A DNA stretch of 64,000 nt from Cyanobacteria bacterium auto_48_18 (GTDB lineage: Bacteria; Cyanobacteriota; Vampirovibrionia; Obscuribacterales; Obscuribacteraceae): contig JAVHQC010000022.1 in assembly GCA_036170915.1 (NCBI GenBank), positions 255,420-319,419 on the forward strand. The letters are read 5' to 3'. The notes beneath the pieces are model-generated. The model was not told the DNA's origin. It ran no database searches and worked only from the letters and a program-made list of their open reading frames with translations. Below, one piece after another: positions 20,332-28,669 of this stretch; within the stretch, counting starts at the first letter, position 1; every line of letters begins with the position of its first letter. Made by a program: the position numbers and the translations under genes.

Positions 20332-20804
20332 CGGAAATAATGGTACTGTCGGGCATCTGGAAGAGAAACGACAATTCAAAAGACCCTCTGCCTGACAACT
20401 TGAGTGTCTCGCATGATAAAGCAGTTCCACCTGAAGCTGTGCAAGCTCTGTGCGCTTCAGTAGGCTGGAGCCGCCGCGAGCCTGACCTGATTGTGCGCGC
20501 TCTAGAAAACTCCCTGGCTGTGGTCTCAATTTGGGACAAGGAAGAGCTTGTGGGCTTCGCTAGAGCTACCGGTGACAAAGTTTTTAACGCCACTGTATGG
20601 GACATGGTTGTAAGGCCAGACTATCAGCGCCTAGGTCTTGGTCGATTGGTAATGTGCGAGCTTTTAAAAGAGCTGGACGAATATCAGATACCCCTGGTGA
20701 CTTTATATGCCGACCCCGGCACCGACGGATTTTACAAGCGCTTTGGTTTTCTCGCTGACCCATCAGGAGTCAGGGGAATGTTCAGAGAGCGCATGGACTA
20801 TTAG
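20328..20804 (+). CDS. GNAT N-acetyltransferase, Ycf52/NSI/SNAT-like
   Basis: 'LCASVGWSRR', 'GFARATGD..FNATVWD..V.PDYQ..GLG', 'TLYADP...FY...GF..DP.G..GMF'. Confidence 0.85.
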   Translation: MTEIMVLSGIWKRNDNSKDPLPDNLSVSHDKAVPPEAVQALCASVGWSRREPDLIVRALENSLAVVSIWDKEELVGFARATGDKVFNATVWDMVVRPDYQRLGLGRLVMCELLKELDEYQIPLVTLYADPGTDGFYKRFGFLADPSGVRGMFRERMDY

Positions 20805-20806
20805 CC

Positions 20807-21694
20807 TTGCCTAGTGTCAGCCAAAATCAGATATTGATTTTAGGTGGCAGCGGCATGCTTGGCCACAAGCTTTGCCAGGTGCTGGCTGGCGAGCATAAAG
20901 TGTTTGCAGCTGTGCGTTCTGGCGGTGCAGATCTGGCACGCCATCTGACACTACCAGAAGGGCAAATTTTGACTGGTTTAGAGGCAGAAAGTGATGATTC
21001 GCTGGCTGCGATGTTTGCCGCCGCCAGGCCCAGCGTAGTAATTAACTGCGTTGGTATCGTTAAACAACTTGATCTGGCGTCTGAGAGATTGCCTTCCATT
21101 GCCATTAATTCGCTATTGCCTCATCGCCTGCATAAGCTCTGCCAGAGCACTGGTGCCAGGCTGATTCATATCAGCACTGATTGTGTCTTCAGTGGCAGCA
21201 AAGGCCTTTATTTAGAAAGCGATTTTGCTGATGCCTATGATGTTTACGGCCGCTCAAAATGGTTAGGAGAAGTAACTGACGGCAACGCACTGACCATTAG
21301 AACTTCGATTATTGGCAGGCAACTAAGTGGGCATCACAGTTTGCTTGACTGGTTCTTATTGAACAAGAATAATTCTGTAGGTGGTTACAGCAAAGCAATT
21401 TTTAGCGGCTTGACCACACTGGAATTGAGTCGTGTGATTGGTGAAATCATTGGCTCTCATCAGTCTTTAAGCGGTCTTTATCAGGTGGCCAGCGAGCCCA
21501 TCGATAAATTTAGTTTGCTCAGTTTGATCAAAAAGGTTTATGACTTGAATATCGTTATCGATGAAAATGACCAATTTAAAATTGATCGCTCATTGTGTGA
21601 CGATAAATTCCGCACGGCTACTGGTTTGGCTAAGAAATCTTGGCAGACTATGATTGAAGAAATGTATGAATTTGATCGCGGCCGATATAAATAA
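20807..21694 (+). CDS. RmlD-like NDP-4-keto-6-deoxysugar reductase (WbvR/QnlA-like)
   Basis: 'GGSGMLG', 'INCVGIVKQ', 'INSLLPH', 'HISTDCVFSG', 'YGRSK', 'RTSIIG'. Confidence 0.85.
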   Translation: MPSVSQNQILILGGSGMLGHKLCQVLAGEHKVFAAVRSGGADLARHLTLPEGQILTGLEAESDDSLAAMFAAARPSVVINCVGIVKQLDLASERLPSIAINSLLPHRLHKLCQSTGARLIHISTDCVFSGSKGLYLESDFADAYDVYGRSKWLGEVTDGNALTIRTSIIGRQLSGHHSLLDWFLLNKNNSVGGYSKAIFSGLTTLELSRVIGEIIGSHQSLSGLYQVASEPIDKFSLLSLIKKVYDLNIVIDENDQFKIDRSLCDDKFRTATGLAKKSWQTMIEEMYEFDRGRYK

Positions 21695-21726
21695 TAGCGG
21701 CTCTTCCAGCTGATTTGCAGTTGATT

Positions 21727-22050
21727 TTATACGAGTATTTCAAGCCCGTGTTTTTTTGCGATAGAAAGAAGTTTTAGTGCTGCACCCTGTGGACGTGATG
21801 CACCAGACTCCCATTTTTCTACTGTACTTTCACTGGTGTTTAGATAGCGAGCAAATACAGGCTGGCTCACATGATAGCTTTCACGCAATGCCTTAATTTG
21901 TTTTGGTCCTAAAGCTTCAGGCACAGAAAGACAGCTTTCGTCGAATCGACGCATAGTTTCTTTGCTCACGGTGCCGACTTCGTACATACCAGTAACGGCG
22001 CTATGTATTGCTTCGAACGCGTCGCTTTTAAATTTCTTAGTTTTCGCCAT
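21727..22050 (-). CDS. HigA-type antitoxin (XRE HTH)
   Basis: 'IKALRE..HVSQPVFARYLN...TVEKWESG..RP.GAALKLL'. Lies downstream of and overlaps the toxin gene. Confidence 0.88.
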   Translation of the reverse strand: MAKTKKFKSDAFEAIHSAVTGMYEVGTVSKETMRRFDESCLSVPEALGPKQIKALRESYHVSQPVFARYLNTSESTVEKWESGASRPQGAALKLLSIAKKHGLEILV

Positions 22051-22411
22051 GACAGATTTCCTCAAGTTTCTTACCGTGCAGTTCTTTTTCTATGTCAGCC
22101 TCACTTTTGTGTTCATATAAACTGGCTAAATCGCGGAAATTTGCAAGCTCCTTCCGGTCGATATTTTCGCGGTCTTTTTTTGCAAACAAGAATGCATAAA
22201 CCCAGTACTTGCCACCTTTTGCAACAATTATGCTGCGGTGCATGTTTTTGTTCAGTCGTTTTTTGAATACTCCACCGCCGAGGTCGTCGCATTGTCCCAG
22301 CCGCACTTGTTCAAAGGCCTTCCACAAATCAGCATCACTTATTTCGGCCTTTCTAGCAGCTTTGGCAAACCATTCGGTTTTAAAGGCGCGAGCCTCGATT
22401 GCTTCAGTCAT
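22037..22411 (-). CDS. RelE/HigB-family toxin (DUF1044-like)
   Basis: 'FKTEWFAK', 'DLGGGVFKKR', 'FLFAKKDRENI'; toxin-first gene order. Confidence 0.85.
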   Translation of the reverse strand: MTEAIEARAFKTEWFAKAARKAEISDADLWKAFEQVRLGQCDDLGGGVFKKRLNKNMHRSIIVAKGGKYWVYAFLFAKKDRENIDRKELANFRDLASLYEHKSEADIEKELHGKKLEEICHGEN

Positions 22412-22417
22412 AGGTCA

Positions 22418-22450
22418 AGTGTAGCAAGCTTTACGACCTTTGTCAAAGCT
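22418..22450 (-). promoter_or_regulatory. Sigma70 promoter of the higBA operon (leaderless) with overlapping imperfect inverted repeat
   Basis: Minus strand reads TTGACA-17 nt-TACACT (with TG extension)-6 nt-ATG. Inverted repeat AGCTTT...AAAGCT at 22427-22450. Confidence 0.75.
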
Positions 22451-22528
22451 CCCGCTGGCAAGAGGCCTCCGATTGGCTGGAAGTTTTGAGCAAAACAGCT
22501 TGCTTGAGGTACTGCGAAGATGACCAGT

Positions 22529-22556
22529 CAGGATTTACTTTCGAAAGTAAATCCTG
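22529..22556. repeat. 28-bp perfect palindrome (hairpin; terminator, operator or REP-like)
   Basis: CAGGATTTACTTTCGAAAGTAAATCCTG is its own reverse complement and lies 30 nt past the nucleotidyltransferase stop. Confidence 0.8.
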
Positions 22557-22586
22557 GGAAATTAAAGCACCCAGTGACTATTCTTC

Positions 22587-23312
22587 TTAGGTCTTTGACC
22601 GCACTTTAACTTTCCGCTCAGGTAGCGGATCGCGATTGGCGCGGTGATACTCTTCCAGGCAACCAATATCAATCCAGTCTTCTGACATTTTGTACACAGC
22701 GACACCACCTTTAGCGGCACAAAGCTGCAACATATCAGGCATATCAAATGGGCCGGATGGTGGAATCAAATCTAAAGCGGCAGGCTCAAGCACGTACATA
22801 CCGGCGTTAATCCAGTGCTGGCTGGTGGGCTTTTCGGCCACTGATGCCAGCATCCCGTCGACGGTTTCTACCACGCCATAAGGAATGGTGGCAGTATATT
22901 TGAACGAGCAGACTGTAGCCAGTGCTTTTTTGTCGGCGTGTAATTTCAGCAGTTTGTCTAAATCGATATTGGTAATCAAATCACCGTTCATAACCAGAAT
23001 TGGCTGCTCAGGCCGTTTTGGCAACAGGCGCAAGGCGCCGCAAGTGCCCATTGGTTCTTCTTCAGTCAGGTATGAAATGGACAAATTCCATTTAGATCCG
23101 TCCTGAAAATGATTACGCAATTTGTGGCATTTGTTATTCACTGATAGGTGAATATCGTGATAACCACTGTCGGCCAAAAATTCGAGCATGCGCTCAAGCA
23201 GCGGTTTCCCTTGCACTTGCAGCAGTGATTTTGGAGTGTTTTCGGTCAAAGGCATGAGCCTTTTACCGGCGCCGCCGACCATCAAAATTACAGGTGTGGG
23301 ATCTTTAGACAT
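22587..23312 (-). CDS. Sugar-1-phosphate nucleotidyltransferase (PtmE/LegX-like, no CBS domains)
   Basis: 'GGAGKRLMPLTENTPK', 'EEEPMGTCG', 'MNGDL', 'INAGMY', 'WIDIG'. Confidence 0.85.
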   Translation of the reverse strand: MSKDPTPVILMVGGAGKRLMPLTENTPKSLLQVQGKPLLERMLEFLADSGYHDIHLSVNNKCHKLRNHFQDGSKWNLSISYLTEEEPMGTCGALRLLPKRPEQPILVMNGDLITNIDLDKLLKLHADKKALATVCSFKYTATIPYGVVETVDGMLASVAEKPTSQHWINAGMYVLEPAALDLIPPSGPFDMPDMLQLCAAKGGVAVYKMSEDWIDIGCLEEYHRANRDPLPERKVKVRSKT

Positions 23313-23315
23313 GTT

Positions 23316-24314
23316 TTAGACGTGATACATGAGTGAGCGTTCGCTGCTCTTGCTGGTATTAACGAACGAATCAACAGTTTCTTGTAAACCGCGACGGAAA
23401 CCTTCATGACCGCCATAGTTTGGCGTCCAACCCAGCAATCGTTTGGCTTTGCTATTGTCGGCCCAGAGTCTTTCGACTTCGCTTTTCTCAGGACGAATTC
23501 GCGATGAATCAGACTCAATGGTGATTTCTGCTTTCATGATTTCGGCAATCAAGCTGACTGTGTCACCAATTGAAATTTCGTAGTTGCTGCCGATATTGAC
23601 CACTTCACCGTTAGACTTTTCGGTGGCCGCTGCCGCCATGAAGCCGCGCACTGTGTCGATAACATAGTTAAAGTCACGAGTTGGCGTCAGGGCGCCCAGT
23701 TTGAGCTGGCGCGCGCCGCTGGCTATTTGCAAAATTGTGGCTGGAATGACCGCTCTAGGTGACTGTCTGGGGCCATATGTATTGAATGGTCTGACGATAG
23801 TCACTGGAGTAGCAAATGAATTGAAGAAAGAAAGTGCCAACTGGTCGGCACCAATTTTAGTGGCAGAATAAGGTGACTGCCCTTGCAGCGGATGCTCTTC
23901 TGTAATGGGCACGAAGCGGGCTGTACCGTAAACTTCGCTGGTTGAGGTGTGTACGATTTTTTGACACTCCAATTCTCTACCGGCCATGAGCACATTAAGT
24001 GTGCCACCAATATTGGTGTCAACATACGAGCGGGGCGCTAAATAAGAGTAGGGAATGCCGATCAGCGCGGCCAGGTGGTAAACCATGTCGCAGCCGCGCA
24101 TAGCTTCGCGCACGCTGTGAAAATCGCGAATGTCACCGGTGACGATTTCTACTGACCGGAGTACTTCAGCACCAAGGCTGTCGAGGTTGCCCCAGCTGTT
24201 CCACGAGTTATAACAGACGAAAGCTTTGACCTCATGGCCTGCTTTGACGAGATTTTCTGTCAGGTGAGATCCGATAAAACCGTCGGCTCCAGACACGAAA
24301 ACTTTACTGGCCAT
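23316..24314 (-). CDS. NAD-dependent NDP-HexNAc 4,6-dehydratase (LegB-like)
   Basis: 'GADGFIGSHL', 'YNSWNSWG', 'HLAALIGIPYSY', 'HTSTSEVYG', 'QSPYSATK', 'RPEKSEVERL'. Confidence 0.87.
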   Translation of the reverse strand: MASKVFVSGADGFIGSHLTENLVKAGHEVKAFVCYNSWNSWGNLDSLGAEVLRSVEIVTGDIRDFHSVREAMRGCDMVYHLAALIGIPYSYLAPRSYVDTNIGGTLNVLMAGRELECQKIVHTSTSEVYGTARFVPITEEHPLQGQSPYSATKIGADQLALSFFNSFATPVTIVRPFNTYGPRQSPRAVIPATILQIASGARQLKLGALTPTRDFNYVIDTVRGFMAAAATEKSNGEVVNIGSNYEISIGDTVSLIAEIMKAEITIESDSSRIRPEKSEVERLWADNSKAKRLLGWTPNYGGHEGFRRGLQETVDSFVNTSKSSERSLMYHV

Positions 24315-24450
24315 CTTAATCTTCCATATCAACTAAAGGGATAATGACAATATATACAAGCATGGTAGAGGCTCCGGCTGGTTTATTTTATGTTAAGCCG
24401 GTCTCTAGTATGTCTTGTGCCAATCGCCAAAAAGCAGCACCGGTGGCGCT

Positions 24451-24479
24451 TTGATGCTTACTCTGCCTTCTGCTATCAT
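24451..24479 (+). promoter_or_regulatory. Sigma70 promoter, leaderless configuration
   Basis: TTGATG-17 nt-TATCAT (TG-extended)-6 nt-ATG at 24486. No SD sequence. Confidence 0.65.
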
Positions 24480-24485
24480 TAACGA

Positions 24486-25751
24486 ATGACAATTTCTGGG
24501 TCAATTCCTCGCACACTACTTCTGAGTTCCACCAGGCCGGGAGAAAGCAGCGTGGGTGAAGTCTTTTTGCGAGATATTTGCCGCCAATTTCCTCACGACA
24601 AACTTTTTTGTTTTGCCCCTATCGCCCCTGATTACGAGGTGGGCATTGCGTCTCCAGACCTGTCCTGGATTCCCATGCAAGTCTGCAATTTGCCAAAAGA
24701 GCGAGTCATACCACCAGGCTCTAATGCCGCGAGCGCCTGGATGCGCTCGAGAAAGCAGATGAACCAATGGAAGAAAGAATGCACACCAATTATCGAGGCG
24801 GCAGTTAAATATGCAGCAGAGGTAAAAGCTGAGGTGATCTGGGCCGTTCTCAGTGGCCCTGCTATTGTCTACATAACCAGTGAAGTGGTCCGCCGCACAA
24901 AGCTTCCGGTGATTCCGTTGGTGTGGGATCCTTTCGAGTATATTTTGATGAATCGTGGCTACAATCCGTCTACCAAACAGATTTTGCTCAATGAATTTGA
25001 AGAGGTTTTGAAGCTGTCCCAGAGCTGCGGTGTTGCTTCAGACGGCATGAAACAGTCATATGAGCTGAGATTCGGCATTCCGTGTGAGGCCCTAATCAAT
25101 TCAGTACCTAACAGTTATCGGCAGATTCGCGACGGACGTTTGCAAGAAGACGGCCGGTTAATCGTCGGTTTTGCCGGCAGTATTTATGCCAAAGACGAGA
25201 TGCAAGCCCTGCTGGCTGCCCTGACTCTGCTTGGTTGGGAGGTCGACGGGCGAGCAATCACATTGCGCATTCTTGGTAATGCGATGACACTATCAGCAGT
25301 GGCGGCGGGTAAAAAGTGTCGTATCGAGTTTCTTGGATTTTATCCGACTAAAGAGGCAATCGAACAGCTTGCACAAGTTGATATTACTTACCTGCCTTAC
25401 TGGTTTGACAGCAAGTATGCAGAGGCTGTCAGGCTCTGCTTCCCCAATAAGTTTTCTACTTATCTGGCATCAGGTTGTTTTACCCTTTATCACGGCCCGC
25501 AAGATTCGGCACCGACACGCTTAATTGAAAAATATCCTGTCGGTATTTGTTGCCATTCCATAGAGCCTCAGAAAATTGCTGACGCCATCAAGGAGTTTGC
25601 TGTTAATAATGAATTGCGCGAACGCGCTGCAGCAGCAAGAAAAGCTGTCCTAGAACAAGAACTCAATCAGGCTGTCAGTTTGCGGCGCATGGCCAAGCTT
25701 TTTAAAGTGGAAGAAACCGCATTTATGCAGGCGTCTGAATTTTTGCAATAG
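24486..25751 (+). CDS. GT-B (GT4-like) glycosyltransferase
   Basis: 'VGFAGSIY', 'FLGFYP', 'DITYLPY', 'FPNKFSTYLASG' (PxK motif). Confidence 0.75.
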   Translation: MTISGSIPRTLLLSSTRPGESSVGEVFLRDICRQFPHDKLFCFAPIAPDYEVGIASPDLSWIPMQVCNLPKERVIPPGSNAASAWMRSRKQMNQWKKECTPIIEAAVKYAAEVKAEVIWAVLSGPAIVYITSEVVRRTKLPVIPLVWDPFEYILMNRGYNPSTKQILLNEFEEVLKLSQSCGVASDGMKQSYELRFGIPCEALINSVPNSYRQIRDGRLQEDGRLIVGFAGSIYAKDEMQALLAALTLLGWEVDGRAITLRILGNAMTLSAVAAGKKCRIEFLGFYPTKEAIEQLAQVDITYLPYWFDSKYAEAVRLCFPNKFSTYLASGCFTLYHGPQDSAPTRLIEKYPVGICCHSIEPQKIADAIKEFAVNNELRERAAAARKAVLEQELNQAVSLRRMAKLFKVEETAFMQASEFLQ

Positions 25752-25772
25752 TGGGACTATTTGAGGGAAGAC

Positions 25773-26855
25773 ATGAAGATTTTTACAGTGGTAGGCACAA
25801 GACCAGAAATAATTCGCTTGAGCCGCATTATTCCACTGCTCGACGAGTTTTGCGATCACACTCTCATTCATACCGGACAAAATTATGACGACAGTCTGTC
25901 TGAAGTGTTTTTCCGGGAGCTGGCAATTAGAAAACCAGATGAGTATTTGCAAGTGCAGTCGTCGAAGCCAGGCGAGCAAATTGGGCAGATTCTCACAAAG
26001 TTTGAGGAACTTGTGCGAACAGATAAACCAGATCGATTGCTCTTACTCGGCGATACGAATAGCGCACTGACAGCCATTATTGCTAAGAAGTATGGCATTC
26101 CTGTCTATCATATGGAAGCCGGAAATCGTTGCTTTGATGATCGTGTGCCGGAAGAAGCAAATAGACGCATAGTCGATCATTGTAGTGATGTGCTTTTGCC
26201 GTACACGCAAAACAGCAAGGCTAATTTATTGAGAGAAGGCATTGAGCCCAGGCGCATCTTCGTAACAGGCAACCCGATCAAAGAAATATTGATGGAGAAT
26301 ATGCCTGCCATTGATGCCTCTGAAATACTAAGTGAGCTTACTCTTTCGCCTAATGATTATTTCCTCAGCACTTTCCACAGGGCTGAGAATGTTGACGACC
26401 CAGTGCGCCTCGGACAAATTGTTCAGGCGCTGAGCCATCTCAGTGTAGAACATTCAAAGCCGGTCATTATCAGCACCCATCCGCGTACCCAGAGTAAGTT
26501 AGGTGAGCTTGAACGATCACTTCCTGGTCTGACTTTCATCGCACCGTTTTCGTTCTTTAACTTCGTCAAGCTCGAGAAGAACGCACACTGCGTCATTACT
26601 GATAGTGGCACAGTGCAAGAAGAGTGCAATATTCTGGGCGTGCCTAACGTCACGATTCGCGATTGCACAGAGCGCCCTGAGACTATAGAAGCAGGTAGTA
26701 ATTCTTTCGTTGGTACGGGCGAGACGCTGCTGTCTGACGCCGTGGCCTTTGCTTTGCGGGCCGGGTCTGACTGGGAGAAAATTCCTGAATACGAGAAAAC
26801 TTGCGTTAGTACAGTGGTGGTGAAGATACTGTTGTCGGCCACTTTGAGGGCTTAA
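25773..26855 (+). CDS. Non-hydrolysing UDP-HexNAc 2-epimerase (WecB family, WbjD/FnlC subtype)
   Basis: 'GTRPEIIRL', 'HTGQNYD', 'LGDTNS', 'HMEAGNRCFD.RVPEE.NR', 'TDSGTVQEE'. GAGG RBS. Confidence 0.92.
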   Translation: MKIFTVVGTRPEIIRLSRIIPLLDEFCDHTLIHTGQNYDDSLSEVFFRELAIRKPDEYLQVQSSKPGEQIGQILTKFEELVRTDKPDRLLLLGDTNSALTAIIAKKYGIPVYHMEAGNRCFDDRVPEEANRRIVDHCSDVLLPYTQNSKANLLREGIEPRRIFVTGNPIKEILMENMPAIDASEILSELTLSPNDYFLSTFHRAENVDDPVRLGQIVQALSHLSVEHSKPVIISTHPRTQSKLGELERSLPGLTFIAPFSFFNFVKLEKNAHCVITDSGTVQEECNILGVPNVTIRDCTERPETIEAGSNSFVGTGETLLSDAVAFALRAGSDWEKIPEYEKTCVSTVVVKILLSATLRA

Positions 26856-26943
26856 AGACTTTCTATCTCCAGAAGCTTGTTCTTTTCAATTATCTTGTGG
26901 GATACGAATGGGCTGCCAATGTCGGCGGGCTAAGGGTTCTCAG

Positions 26944-26976
26944 TATTTTAGCTAAAATAGACATTTTAGCTAAAGT
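26944..26976. promoter_or_regulatory. Tandem palindromic operator upstream of the phd-relE module
   Basis: TATTTTAGCTAAAATA (16-bp perfect palindrome, 26944-26959) and TTTAGCTAAA (26965-26974); centres 18 bp apart. Confidence 0.7.
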
Positions 26977-27020
26977 AGCTCAATTGTTTAAAATGGGCAA
27001 TGACGTGGTAGATTCTAAAT

Positions 27021-27290
27021 GTGGCGAAGAAGGTAGCGACGATGAAGACCATTAAGGCAACCGAAGTCAAAAATCATTTTGGTGCCGTTCTTGACTCAGC
27101 ACTGGTTGAACCGGTGATGGTGCAAAAATCGGGTCGTTCCTCCGTGGTGATTCTGTCGGTAACTGAGTATGACCGGCTAATTGCTATGGAAGATGCCTAC
27201 TGGGCTGCACGTGCCAACGCCGCAGAAGCTTCCGGGTTTGTTTCAGCAGTAGAAGTTAAAAAGCTGATTGAGGATTTCGGGGTTGCGTAG
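27021..27290 (+). CDS. Phd/YefM-family antitoxin
   Basis: 'MKTIKATEVKNHFGAVLD.A..EPV.V.K.GR...VILS..EY'. Alternative ATG at 27042. Confidence 0.88.
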   Translation: MAKKVATMKTIKATEVKNHFGAVLDSALVEPVMVQKSGRSSVVILSVTEYDRLIAMEDAYWAARANAAEASGFVSAVEVKKLIEDFGVA

Positions 27291-27558
27291 CCTTATGCTG
27301 AGCAGAGAAGCCACCGATTTTATCCGCAACCTTGAACCAAAGCCTTTTAAGCAAGTCATGAATAAAGTGCTGGCTCTGTTAAACGACCCGCTTCCGGCGG
27401 ATTCACTGACTTTAAGAGGCTACGAGAATTTGTTTCGTACTGACATGGGTGAGCACCGAATAGTGTACCGGTTTGATGCAACAACTATTTTCGTCTTAGT
27501 CGTTGATAAGCGAAACGACGACGAAGTGTATAAAAAATTAGCCCGGAAAAATCTCTGA
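27283..27558 (+). CDS. RelE/ParE-family toxin
   Basis: 'LRGYENLFRTDMGEHRIVYRF...VDKRNDDEVYK'. TTG at 27283 follows GAGG and overlaps the antitoxin stop. Confidence 0.87.
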   Translation: MRSLMLSREATDFIRNLEPKPFKQVMNKVLALLNDPLPADSLTLRGYENLFRTDMGEHRIVYRFDATTIFVLVVDKRNDDEVYKKLARKNL

Positions 27559-27559
27559 T

Positions 27560-28669
27560 TCAAATCAGTTTGGACCAGGTTTGCATTCTTTGTTCTTTAT
27601 CTAACCAGCTGATCGCAGCCCGCGCATTTATAGCTGGTGACTCTTCTGCTACAGAATCAATCAAGCTCGTCAAAACTTGCTCTATATACTGGTCGCCAAT
27701 ATCACTGACACAGAGGCCCAGGTGTTTGTGTTCCAAGACTTCGCTAAGGCAATAAGCTTCTTGACCATGAAATAGCAGCGAGGTGCCGGCCTGCAATGCC
27801 TCAGCCTGTTGCCTTCGCACCACAAATTCGTCAGCCGCTGCGATCTTTTTTTCTAGAGGGGCGCAAATATAAGTGAGATTAGCCTGCGCTATTTTGCTCT
27901 GTGCATATTCTTGCGAAAGTCTTCCAAGCCTGTTCAGCTCTAGACTTTCGGCTGGTCTTACTTCAAAAGTGTCGTCATAGCCGCCAAGGATATCCAGAAT
28001 AATTTTTACAGAATCTGGCCTCTGGGCCAGGCGATTCAATGCGTGGACAAATTTGGCAAATGTTGGTTGCGACAAAGTAGATGGCGCGTGGCAGATTATG
28101 CGGAAACTGTCAGCCGCACTTAAGTTCTGCCTGTTTGCCAACTCAAAATCTACAGGCAAGGGCAAAAGCTCGCATGGTTTATGCAGCTGACTGGTAATGT
28201 GATCATAGCCACTACTAGTAATGGCGGCACATTTTGTTGATTGGGCTATAAGCTTGTTAAATTCATCAATTAAGTGCTGCGAGAATGGTGCCAGGTCTTT
28301 ATTTCCTGCCACCATTGTTTCCATGGTATCGGCAGTGATTGTCACCAGCTCAGCCCCCAGGTCTCGGGCAATTTTGCCTGCTGTGAGCACAATGATTGGT
28401 GAGGCCAGTAGCGCCACTACTAATTCTATTTTTGGTTCAGCGGCCTGGCCGATTTTAAGACCTTCGTCGCAGACTGATTTGACGCAATCAGGAGCTAAAT
28501 TTGACGAGCCAATATTTTTTCGGCCAGGCGCACCCGGCACACTAGGGGCAAATGTAGTGATGGCTCCGCCAGCCGCAGTGGCAAGATCGGCTGCGTATGC
28601 GGCCACATAACTTGATGCTGGAGCGTCAGGTGTAGTCAAAAACAGAATTGCTTTTTCAGCCTCAGCCAT
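27560..28669 (-). CDS. Degenerate GT-B-like protein, paralogue of 24486-25751
   Basis: Collinear similarity to the 24486 ORF by eye; the PxK motif is replaced by 'RRQQAEALQAG'. Confidence 0.55.
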   Translation of the reverse strand: MAEAEKAILFLTTPDAPASSYVAAYAADLATAAGGAITTFAPSVPGAPGRKNIGSSNLAPDCVKSVCDEGLKIGQAAEPKIELVVALLASPIIVLTAGKIARDLGAELVTITADTMETMVAGNKDLAPFSQHLIDEFNKLIAQSTKCAAITSSGYDHITSQLHKPCELLPLPVDFELANRQNLSAADSFRIICHAPSTLSQPTFAKFVHALNRLAQRPDSVKIILDILGGYDDTFEVRPAESLELNRLGRLSQEYAQSKIAQANLTYICAPLEKKIAAADEFVVRRQQAEALQAGTSLLFHGQEAYCLSEVLEHKHLGLCVSDIGDQYIEQVLTSLIDSVAEESPAINARAAISWLDKEQRMQTWSKLI

